A stretch of DNA of 64,000 nucleotides from Scyliorhinus canicula. Lineage: Eukaryota. Shown here in pieces: positions 22,401-33,269 of this stretch (the stretch's first letter is position 1; each line of letters starts with the position of its first letter). Under the pieces are notes generated by a model. The model saw only the letters and a program-made list of their open reading frames with translations, made no database searches and was not told where the DNA came from. The stretch spans positions 86,840,236 through 86,904,235 of the forward strand of contig NC_052161.1 of NCBI RefSeq assembly GCF_902713615.1, written 5' to 3'. Both the position numbers and the translations under genes were made by a program.

Positions 22401-24930
22401 CCCATCAAACACTCGTAGGACAGGTACAGCACAGGGTTAGATACAGAGTAAAGTTCCCTCTGCACTGTCCCCATTAAACACTCCCAGGACAGGTACAGCA
22501 CGGGGTTAGATACAGAGTAAAGGTCCCTCTACACTGTCCCCATAAAACACTCTCAGGACAGGTACAGCACGGGGTTAGATACAGAGTAAAGTTCCCTCTA
22601 CACTGTCCCCATTAAACACTCCCAGGACAGGTACAGCACTGGGTTAGATACAGAGTAAAGCTCCCTCCACACTGTCCCCGTCCAGCACTCCCAGGACAGG
22701 GACAGCACGGGGTTTAGATACAGAGTAAAGCTCCCTCTACACTGTCCCCATCAAACATTCCCAGGACAGGTACAGCACAGGGTTAGATACAGAATAAAGC
22801 TCCCTCTGCACTGTCCCTATCAAACACTCCCAGGACAGGCACAGCACGGGGTTAGATACAGAGTAAAGCTCCCTCTACACTGTACCCATCAAACACTCCC
22901 AGGGCAGGTACAGCACTGGGTTAGATACAGAGTAAAGCTTCCTCTACACTGTCCCCATCAAACACTCCCAGGACAGGTACAGCATGGGGTTAGATACAGA
23001 GTAAAGCTCCCTCTACACTGTCCCCATCAAACACTCCCAGGACAGGTACAGCACGGGGTTAGATAAAGATTGAAGCTCCCTCTACACTGTCCCCATCAAA
23101 CACTCCCAGGACAGGAACAGCACTGGGTTAGATACAGAGTAAACCTCCCCGTTTACACTGTCCCCATCAAACACTCCCAGGACAGGTACAGCACGGGGTT
23201 AGATATAGAGTAAAGCTCCCTCTACACTGTCCCCATCAAACACTCGTAGGACAGGTACAGCACGGGGTGAGATACAGAGTAAAGCTCCCTTGACACTGTC
23301 CCCATCAAACACTCCCAGGACAGGTACAGCATGGGGTTATATACAGAGTAAACCTCCCCGTTTACACTGTCCCCATCAAACACTCCCAAGACAGGTACAG
23401 CTCAGGGTTAGATACAGAGTAAAGTTCCCTCTGCACTGTCCCCATCAAACACTCCCAGGACAGGTACAGCAGAGGGTTAGATACAGAGTAAAGTTCCCTC
23501 TACACTGTCCACATTAAACACTCCCAGGACAGGTACAGCACGGGGTTAGATACAGAGTAAAGCTCCCTCGACACTGTCCCCGTCAAACACTCCCAGGACA
23601 GGGACAGCACGGGGTTAGATACTGAGTAAAGCTCCCTCTACACTGTCCCCATCAAACACTCCCAGGACAGATACAGCACGGGGTGAGATACAGAGTAAAG
23701 CTCCCTCTATACTGTCCCCATCAAACACTCCCAGGACAGGTACAGCACGGGTTTAGATACAGAGTAATGCTCCCTCTACACTGTCCCCATCAAACACTCC
23801 CAGGACAGGGACAGCATGGGATTAGATACAGAGTAAAGCTCCCTCTGCACTGTCCTCATCAAACACTCCCAGGACAGGTACAGCACTGGGTTAGATACAC
23901 AGTAAAGCTCCCTCTGCACTGTCCCCATCAAAAACTCCCAGGACAGGACCAGCACGGGTTTAGGTACAGAGTGAAGCTCCCTCCACACTGTCCCCATCAA
24001 ACACTCCCAGGACAGGTACATCACGGTGTTAGATATAGAGTAAAGCTCCCCCTTTACACTGTCCCCATCAAACACTCGTTGGACAGGTACAGCACGGGGT
24101 TAGATACAGAGTAAAGCTCCCTCGACACTGTCCCCATCAAACACTCCCAGGACAGGTACAGCATGGGGTTATATACAGAGTAAACCTCCCCGTTTACACT
24201 GTCCCCATCAAACACTCCCAGGAGAGGGACAGCACGGGGTTAGATACAGAGTAAAGCTCCCTCTACACTGTCCCCATCAAACACTCCCAGGACAGGTACA
24301 GCACGGGGTTAGATACTGAGTAAAGCTCCCTCTACACTGTCCCCATCAAACACTCCCAGGACAGGTACAGCACGGGGTTAGATACACGGTAAAGCTCCGT
24401 GCGCTGTCCCCATCAAACACTCCCAGGAGAGGGACAGCACGGGGTTAGATACAGAGTAAAGCTTCCTCTACACTGTCCCCATCAAACACTCCCAGGACAG
24501 GTACAGCACGGGGTTAGATACAGAGTAAAGCTCCCTCTACACTGTCCCCATCAAACACTCCCAGGACAGGTACAGCATGGGGTTAGATACAGAGTAAAGC
24601 TCCCTCTATACTGTCCCCATCAAACACTCCCAGGACAGGTACAGCACGGGGTTAGATAGTGTAAAGCTCCCTCTACACTGTCCCCATCAAACACTCCCAG
24701 GACAGGGACAGCACGGGGTTAGATACAGAGTAAAGCTCCCTCTACACTGTCCCCATCAAACACTCCCAGGACAGGTACAGCACGGGGTTAGATACAGAGT
24801 AAAGCTCCCTCTACACTGTCCCCATCAACTACTCCCAGGACAGGGACAGCACGGGGTTAGATACAGAGTAAAGCTCCCTCTACACTGTCCCCATCAGGAC
24901 AGGTGCAGCACGAGGTTAAATACAGAGTAA
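13479..24930. repeat. 69-bp satellite array (about 160 copies)
   Basis: Unit CACTGTCCCCATCAAACACTCCCAGGACAGGTACAGCACGGGGTTAGATACAGAGTAAAGCTCCCTCTA, with variant monomers recurring in blocks. Confidence 0.97.
14340..14582 (+). mobile_element. Solo LTR inserted in the 69-bp satellite
   Basis: TGTGG..CCACA termini, TATAAA and AATAAA. Perfect 5-bp TSD GTGAG (14335-14339, 14583-14587). Confidence 0.9.
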
Positions 24931-24938
24931 AATCTTAC

Positions 24939-24996
24939 CATGTTGCAGTGATGTTAGGAACAGCACCAGCTCATATATTCTCCCTTGAGCACACAT
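24939..24996 (-). CDS. Predicted leader (signal peptide) coding exon of the IgSF gene
   Basis: ATG TGT GCT..(MCAQGRIYELVLFLTSLQH+G) ends at a strong CATG|GTAAGA phase-1 donor. In-frame joining to the V exon gives a signal-peptide-like MCAQGRIYELVLFLTSLQHVSYS/RPV. Candidate upstream acceptors at 25057 and 25225. Confidence 0.6.
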
Positions 24997-25318
24997 TTCA
25001 GTGATGGGTATTTTTCCTGTGCTTTTGTTAGTGCAGCTTGCTGATCTTTACCCCTTCTGTGAAGTTAGAAATTGAACATTTTGGTTATTGAATGTTTGGT
25101 GTAGTTAAGTCACTGATGTTGTTCACAACTGTGGACACATGACCACCTTAGAAATGAGAGTACAGCTTGGATTCAGAAACTAGCAGCAGTTTTATATGAC
25201 TTGCGCAGACCTCTTGTGGCGTTACTGAAATGAAAATCCGCATGGACCCGTGCTGCCAATGGCATCACTCACGAACACTGACACTTGCTAAAGACCTCCA
25301 TATATATATATATATAAT

Positions 25319-28300
25319 TGATATGCATCAATTAAGACGGAGAACGCAGAGTGAATTAACTATGGCTTTAATTGACTTACAACAGAATTGGCAATGTGGC
25401 TCAGAATGAGGCCGTGTGAAAGGTCGCAGCCTATGTACCCAGGCCCTAGGGGGAGGAGCATGGGCCGAGCCAAAACCGTACAACATGTAATATAGTGGCA
25501 ATACCATACAATACGTAATACTGTGGCAGCACAATACAACACAGTGGTTTCACCACATTCACCCCCTGTTTAAAAAAAGTCCGGCGGGGACGAAGTGAAG
25601 TGAAGCGAACATATTATATCAGAGATTGAGCCTGATTGTCCGCCGTGACCGCCTGAGGTGTGGGCATAGTAGTCGGCGGAAGCGTGAGGCCGGCGTGTCC
25701 GGGAGAATGACAGCTTCTGTGTTCCCAGATGGGGGGGGCAGCAACGGGGGAAGGGGGTATAGGGTTGGGTTGAGTAGTAGTAGAGAGGGGAGGAATAGGG
25801 TTGGGAGCGCCGGTCGCTGGGGAACCTGCGGGTGCCAAATCTCTAAGGGAGACTGTGTCATCCTGCCCGTCATGGTGAGCCACGTAGGCGTACTGGGGAT
25901 TCGCATGGAGAAGACGAACCCTCGCGACCACAGGATCTGACTTATGAGTCCTCACATGCCGTCGGAGGAGGACGGGCCGTGGAACCGTCAGCCAGGTCGG
26001 GAGCGAGACCCCCGAGGTGGACCTTCTGGGGAAGGCAAACATCCTCTCGTGGGGGGTCACATTAGTAGCGGTGCAGAGCAGCGACCGGATGGATTGGAGT
26101 GCCTCGGGAAGGACCTCCTGCCAGCGGGAGACTGGGAGAACTCTAGACCGTAGGGCCAGAAGGACGGCCTTCCAGACCGTCGCGTTCTCTCTCTCCACCT
26201 GTCCCTTTCCCCGGGGATTGTAGCTGGTAGTCCTGCTTGAGGCGATGCCCTTGCTAAGCAGGAACTGACGGATCTTATCACTCTTGAAGGAGGAACCCCG
26301 ATCACTCTGGATGTAAGCGGGGAAACCGAACAAGGCGAAGACACTGCTCAGGGCCTTGATGACAGTGGCAGAGGTCATGTCAGGGCATGGGATGGCGAAA
26401 GGGAAGCATGAGTACTCGTCAAGGATGTTGAGGAAGTACACGTTACGGTTAGTGGAGGGGAGGGGCCCTTTGAAATCCATGCTGAGGAGCTCAAAGGGGC
26501 GTGAGGCCTTTACCAGGCGTGCTCTATCTGGCCGATAGAAGTGCGGTTTGCAGTCCGCGCAGACCTGGCAGTCCCTGGTCGTGGTTCTGACCTCCTCGAT
26601 GGAGTAAAGCAGGTTGCGGGCCTTGATATAATGGAAAAGCCGGGTGACCCCCGGGTGACAGAAGCCATTGTCGAGGGCCCGCAGTTGGTCAACTTGTGCG
26701 CTGGCACAAGTACCGATGGAAAAGGCATCTGGGGGCTCATTAAGCTTCCCAGGACGATGCTGGATATCATAGCTGTAGGTGGAGAGTTCGATCCTCAGCC
26801 GTCAGGGGAAATGTATTGGTTTTAATAAGTGGGCGGGCTTTGTCCGCTTAGTTGGGGTCCCACTGTGCATAGTAGGAGAAAAGCACCAGGCATCGTTTGA
26901 GGACCTTGAGGCTGCGAGGAGGGGGAAATTCTGTGAGGGGGCGCATGCGGTCGGGGTCGGGCCCTCTGACTCCGTTTTCACGACATAGCCGAGGATGGCC
27001 AGCCGGGTTGTGTGGAAAACGCACTCCTCCTTGTTGTAGGTCAGGTTCAGGAGCTGGGCAGAGTGGAGGAATTTCTTGAGGTTAGCGTCGTGGTCCTGCT
27101 GATCATGGCTGCAGATAGTGACATTATCTAAGTACAGGTATGTAGCCCACAGCCCGTACTAGTCCACCATTCCATCCATCACTCGCTGGAAGACCGAGAC
27201 CCCATTGATGATGCCAAAGGGAACCCGGAGAAAGTGGTAGAGGCGGCCAGCTGCCTCAAAGGCAGTGTACTTGCGGTCCTCTGGGCGGATGGGGAGCTGG
27301 TGGTATGCGGACTTCAGGTCCACAGTGGAGAAGACCCGGTACTGCACAATCTGATTGACCATGTCAGATATGCGGGGGAGGGGGTACGCATCAAGCTGTG
27401 TGTACCGGTTGATGGTCTGACTGTAGTCGATGACCAACCAGAGCTTCTCCCCAGTCTTGACGACCACCACCTGTGCTCTCCAGGGGCTGTTACTGCCCTC
27501 TATGATCCTTTCTCTCAGGAGTCGCTGAACGTCCGACATGATGAAGGTCATGTCCCGAGCACTGTATTATCTGCTCTTAGTGACGACGGGCTTACAGTCT
27601 GGAGTGAGGTTGGCGAAGAGCGAGGGAGGGGTGACCCTAAGGGTCGAGAGGCTACAGATGGTGAGAGGCGCCAGGGGTCCATCGAACTTCAGGGTTCGGA
27701 GGTTGGACTGGAAGTCGAGACCCAGAAGAATTGCCGCGCAGAGGTGTGGGAGGTCAAAGAGCTTAAAATTTTTGAAAGATATGCCCCATACCATGAGGGT
27801 CACAGCACAGTACCCACGGATTTGCTCGGTATGCGACCTAGAGGCCAGGCAGATTTTCTGGGCTGCGGGTAAAATGGGAAGGGAGCAGCGCCGGACCGTG
27901 TCCGGGTGTATGAAGCTGTCTGTGCTCCCAGAGTCAAAAAGGCAGGCCGTCCCGTGGCCATTGACGGCCCACCATTGTAGATTTAGCGAGGCCACGAGGT
28001 TGAGACTGGTCTAGGGTGATGGAGGCGACCACGGGACGGCGGGCTGGCTTCGGACGGCGGGTTGGGTTCGGACAGCAGGCGGGCTGGTCGAGAGTAGCGG
28101 AGGCCAACTGATGGACGGGCAAGCCGGAGTTCCAGGAGGTGGCGGTGGACTTCAAAAATGGTGGAGATGGCAGCCCCCGCGGGTCGTACGTGGCGGTTGG
28201 TGTCGAGGATACCGGACCCCGCGGGTCGCACGTGGCGGGTGGCATCGAAGATGGCGGCCCCCGCGTCCCCAAGGGTGCCGCCTGGTCTGAGGCATGGGCA

Positions 28301-29084
28301 CCCATGTCACGGAAGGCCACCTCCAGCAACCTGCACCGTTTCCTGGAGGTCGAGTGCCTCCCTCTCTAGCAGGTGTTGGCGAACGCAGTGTGAGTCAATG
28401 CCGGCAACATAGGTGTCCCGGATCAGGAGGTCGGTGGGCTTAGCAGCCATTGCAGGCCCCGCCGAGCACCCGCAAAACGCACAGAAATTCTGCCAGCGAC
28501 TCTCCAGGGAGCTGACGCCATGTGGCAAGGAGGTACCTGGCGAACAGTCCGTTAACCCGCCTCACAGACCGTCCTTTCAAGAGAGAGTAATGGCTTCATC
28601 AAACGAGGCCGCGTCCCGGAAGATGAGAACAATTTGCGGGCTCACCCGGGAGATGAGGACTCGCAGCTTGTGTTCCTCGGAGACGGCGACAGCGGCAGAA
28701 TTGATGAAAGATTCTGGACAATGAAGCCAGTGTGCGAAGAAGACATCAACGTCGGCTGATTGGGGGTCGACCTGCGGGAGGTCCGGTTTGAGACCCCGAT
28801 CCATGTTAAACAGCTCTTTGATTCAATGTAAGTCAATTAAATTGATATGCCATCAATTAAGACGGAGAACGCAGAGTGAATTAACTATGGCTTTAATTGA
28901 CTTACACCAGAATTGGCTGTGTGCCCCAGAATGAGGCAGTGTGAAAGGTCAGCAGCCTATATACACAGGCCCTCGGGGGACGAGACACGATAAGAGCCAA
29001 AATTGTACAACAAATATTATAGTGGCAGTACTGTACAACATGTAATACTGTGGCAGCACAATACAGCACAGTGGTTTCAACACA
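25319..29084 (-). mobile_element. Older, internally deleted Gypsy element related to 5641-10847
   Basis: Visibly diverged LTRs at 28843-29084 (5') and 25319-25557 (3'). TSD ATAAT on both sides. PPT AACAGGGGGTGAA. Remnants of gag (ATG 28804), PR LFDSGS, RT YLDN and IN MDFKG..SDRG..VERE. Confidence 0.92.
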
Positions 29085-29334
29085 ATAATCAAATAGGAAC
29101 ATGCTTACTATAACAATCAGAACTTCTTCAACTCCAAATCTATTGTGTTCCACAATAACTTCTCTTCCAATGTCACAGTGCCACCTACATCCCTTTTCTA
29201 TACAAGGATCCGTCTATTTAAACCTGGTTTTCCCTGTGTATTCTGTTTATCCTTCTGTTATCCTTTGCTATTATACCTTTTTGTGCCTGGACAGCTGCTG
29301 AGATTAATGCCTTTTGAATGGGCTTCACTTAGAA

Positions 29335-29558
29335 TTTTTAAAATATAAATTTAGAGTACCCAATTCTTTTTTCCAATTTAGCAATTTAGCGTGGCCAATC
29401 TACCTACTCTGCACATTTTTGGGTTGTGGGGGTGAAACCCACGCAGACACGGGGAGAATGTGCAAACTCCACACGGACAGTTACCCAGAGCCAGGATCGA
29501 ACCTGGGACCTCAGCACCGTGAGGCAGCAGTGCTAACCACTACGCCATCATGCTGCCC
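29335..29558 (-). mobile_element. HE1-like V-SINE, AT-rich-tail subfamily
   Basis: GGGCAGCATGATGGCGTAGTGGTTAGCAC head, V-domain and A-rich tail. Confidence 0.85.
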
Positions 29559-29599
29559 TTTACACTTTACATTTTTAAACGATTACTCAAACCACCGAC

Positions 29600-32500
29600 C
29601 CCCCCCCCCCCCGGCAGATGTGCTATTTGGTTTGGCCTCTGGAGACCCCGTTATCAGCGCTATTTGGTCCGGCCCAGCGGAGGATGTTCCAGAATGTTCT
29701 GCCGAACTGAGGCAGACTCCATTTTGCCGAGGGAAGCATACTTCTTCTTTGGATATCGGCCTGAAGAGACAGTTAATCTCTCCCTTTCCTGATGAACACT
29801 CTTTTGATTACTAGGTTTGAAGCGGCAGGTTATCTCTTCTCGGCCTGGTGATTTCGAGAGCATCCGACAGCCAGCAGATCTGGTTGAAGGCATCATTTGG
29901 AGATTACTGGCTACAAAGACCGCTATGTCGACAACAAAGAACCATCTCGTATTGCTTAGTCCCTGTTATGCTTGAACCTTCCCCTCTCTCTCCACCATGT
30001 GTCTGTCCTGTGTGTGCCGGGGTGGAGGATGGGTCAGGGTTTTGGGAATGGTTAGATTAGCAGACCATTGTTCTATGTTTATCATTATTTACCCATCTTT
30101 TTTTTTGTTTCACTTCTAAATCTGGTGTCTGTAACTCATTGGGACAGTCTACGGCCACAATCTCAACAGGTTTATAAGAATTATTTGTTAATTCACTTAT
30201 GTTGTGACCTTGGGTCGATGGGGGGGGGGGCTGGAATTGACCGCCCACTCGCCCAGGGGGTTGTAACATAAATTGGGGGCTCGGGTCTGGGACTTGAAAC
30301 ATCAGATGGTGAGTTTGAGGTACAGAGTAAATTATAAAGAGACACCAGGTTTGTAGTATTATAACACAAGGGCTTTAGAAACAGCTGAATATTTTCTCCA
30401 GGTGGAAGGCTTATCGCTGGTCTACTTATTGGGGCTTCCCAAAGGCAAGCTTGTCGAGTGGCAGGTGAATTTACAACTGGGAGTATCGGCTAAAACAGCG
30501 AAGGCGGAGTTGCTGTGATTGCTGAACATTTCAATCTTATACAGGTGCCAGGAGCACAGGGAAGCCGAGGAGTGAGTGGAGCATCAGAGGCTTCGTCAAG
30601 TGGGGAAACGGAGCTGGAGAGATCCCGGTTACAATTGGATCATGAAAGGGAGTGTTACAAAATGGAGAGGAAGCGGAATGAAATGGAAATGAAGAGGAAA
30701 GAGAGAATGAGAGAAAGGGAAGAGAAAGAGTGAGGGAGAGAGCAGAAGGGAAAAGAAATGGAGTTGGAAACGAGGAAGCTACTGAAGGTACTGGAAAGGG
30801 ATGGGAAGCTTCCAGAACGTATAGGGGAGCCTAGTCCAACAACAGAACTCAGTGGGGATATGTTTAAATTTATCCCAGCCCGCGGCAAAGTGTCCACGCC
30901 ATCGTAAACGCCATTGTGTTTTACGACAGCGTGAACGGGTCACTCCCAGGACAGGTGGACAGCACGGCGCTGGAGTGGTTCGCGACGCTCCTTCATCACG
31001 CCGGCCCCGATACAACATGGCGCAGGAATACAGGGGCCGGTGTGTAGGAAAGGAGGCCCCCAGCCATAGAGGCCGGCCCACCGATCTGTGAGCCCCGATC
31101 GTGGGCCAGGCCACATCGGAGGCCCCTCCCAGGCTCAGACCCCCCTCCCACCCCCCACAGGCCAGCACCCGACCCCTCCTCGCCGAGACCCCGCTGGTCC
31201 AGAGCAGGTTAGAACGGCGCCGGCGCCGGCGAGACTCGGCTCTTTTCCTACGGCCGCTCGGCCCATCCGGACCAGAGAATCGGCGGGCCGGCCGTGTAGA
31301 ACGACCCGCGACCGACGCCGCGCCACCCACGCCGGTGCCAATGGTGCCGATTCTCCGCTCTGCAGAGAATCGCGTGCCGGCGTTGGGGCGGCGTGGCCCG
31401 GTCACGAGGATTCTTCGGCCCAGGGCTGGGAGAATCCCGCCCAGGGTCTCTCAAAATTTGAAGAGAAAGAAATATTAACGTTCTTTTGGGCTTTCGAGAA
31501 ACTAGCAACCCAAATGGAGTAGCCAAAAGAGAAGTGGACATTACCCCTACAGAGTATGTTGACAGGGAGGGAACAGGAAGTTTATGCCACCTTGTCAGAG
31601 CAGGATTCTAGGGATTATAACACAGTAAAAAAGGCCATTCTGGAAGGATATGAATTGGTTCCCGAAGCATATAGACAAAAATATCTGAATTTGAAGAGAC
31701 TGCCAGGACAGACATATGCAGAGTTTGAAAGGATTAAGCAGAACAATTTTAATAGATGTGTGTGAGCATTGGGAGTTGCGACTGTCTATGAGGCTCTGAG
31801 AGAGGTCATTCTCTCAGAAGAGTTTAAGAATTCCTTACCTTCGATAATAAGAACCCATGTTGAAGATCAGAGATTACAAACTGCTAGGCAGCAGCAATTA
31901 TGATTGACGTTATGAGCTAATCCATAAATTTAAACCTTTGTTCCATTACATGGGTAATTTTGCAAAGGATGGGAAATGGCGGAGTGAGAGGATGGCAGGT
32001 TGCCAAGGTCAGGAATGGATCGCTGGGAAGGCTCCGTGATCTCCGCCTCAGACCAGGAAGGTAGGTACTGGGGGTCGAAGTGAGACTTGGATGCCGAGAT
32101 GTTACCATTGTAACATGGTGGGACACGTTCAGTCCGCATGTTGGTAGTTGCAGGGAAAGCCCGTGGCACTTGTGGGGGTTCGGAAGGAGGATTCTGAGAA
32201 GGGAGTGAAAGTGGAGAATGCTACGTTGCAGACGGTATCATTAGCTGGACTTAGGAGTCTCAAGGTGAACTCTGCTGTGGGAACAGGTGTAGAGAATAAA
32301 GTAGATGAGAGATATACTGGTTTTGTGCTGGAGGGAAAAGTCACCCCATTATCCTCGACAGAGGTAGCCAAAACTGACTGCACAGCATTAGTTAGTCAGT
32401 AAGAGGACAGTAAGGACCATGGTGTGATACCAAGCGAGTGACTGGTTGACCCACATCCTTTTGAAGGGTTACAGCCCTTGAGGTGGCAGAGGTGGATAGC

Positions 32501-32960
32501 CAGGAACGTGAAGTAATTGGCCATCAGTTCCTTTCAAGAGTTAAAGGGAAGCTGGGTGGAAAATTCGGTGGCGGTTCTACAACTACAGAGGTCAGGAAAA
32601 GCCAAACTGTTCATGGAGTCAGTGATGTCCCAAACTCAAATTCCAAAAGTGGAAATGCAGACGGTGGTTACAAAAACTCAGATGAGGAAGTAAAAGTTGC
32701 CACCCCAGGAATAGGGCCTGTTGAATCAATTAACCCTGTGTGGATTGAACCCTTCAGTAGCTCCTGGTGCTGAAGGTGGCCCTGTGAAGGCCAAGAGCAA
32801 ACGTGAGGCTGGTGGCGTTGAACGTTGTCCGTTGGTTACCAGTGAACCCACTACTTTCAGCGTTCGCAATCCTACTCCTGGACTGGTGGTACGAAACTTT
32901 CAACAGTTAGGCAGACATTCATCAGGCAATCAGGAAGGACTGTTGTTGGTACATGTTGGT
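29600..32960 (+). mobile_element. Degenerate Gmr1-like Gypsy (LTR ending 30268, tRNA-Pro-like PBS, SCAN-related Gag remnant)
   Basis: ..TGTAACA is followed by TGGGGGCTCG.. (30274). Gag FFWAFEKLA..LTGREQEVYATLSEQDSRDYNTVKKAILEGYELVPEAYRQKY is typical of Gmr1-like capsids. Outer boundaries are approximate. Confidence 0.7.
30874..31442. mobile_element. GC/CpG-rich non-autonomous (MITE-like) insertion in the Gmr1-like gag
   Basis: Splits gag FKFI|..KFEEKE. Ends carry CCCAGCCC and GGGCTGGGAGAATCCCGCCC, a partial inverted repeat. Confidence 0.55.
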
Positions 32961-32964
32961 AACA

Positions 32965-33156
32965 GGGGCTGTTTAGCACACTGGGCTAAATTGCTGGCTT
33001 TTTAAAGCAGACCAAGGCAGGCCAGCAGCACGGTTCGATTCCCATATCAGCCTCCCCGAACAGGTGCCGGAATGTGGCGACTAGGGGCTTTTCACAGTAA
33101 CTTCATTGAAGCCGACTCGTGACAGTAAGCGATTTTCATTTCATTTCATTTTCATT
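32965..33156 (+). mobile_element. Short tRNA-derived SINE with L2-like tail and (TTTCA)n
   Basis: GGGGCTGTTTAGCACACTGG..GGTTCGATTCCC head; GTGGCGACTAGGGGCTTTTCACAGTAACTTCATTG tail; ATTTCATTTCA end. Confidence 0.7.
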
Positions 33157-33269
33157 ACATGTGGGTTAGGAAGCAGCAAGTGTAGTGAGGTTGCTGCTTC
33201 ATAGTGAGTAACAGGAAACACACTTATTCTTTGGCAATTGGCCCAGAGAGACACAATTAATATCTAACT

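Noticed and set aside
13373-24659. Many ORFs of repeated HCPHQTLPGQVQHGVRYRVKLPL (up to 401 aa)
   Set aside because: These are translations of the 69-bp (3n) satellite. They have frequent frame-breaking indels, no start or splice context, and lie antisense in an intron.
13479-24930. CRISPR-like array
   Set aside because: Contiguous monomers with no unique spacers and no cas genes, in a eukaryotic context.
25057-25224. Coding Ig C2 exon starting VTPQEV after the 25225 acceptor
   Set aside because: All three frames hit stops within about 80 nt. Better read as 5'UTR or intron upstream of the leader ATG.
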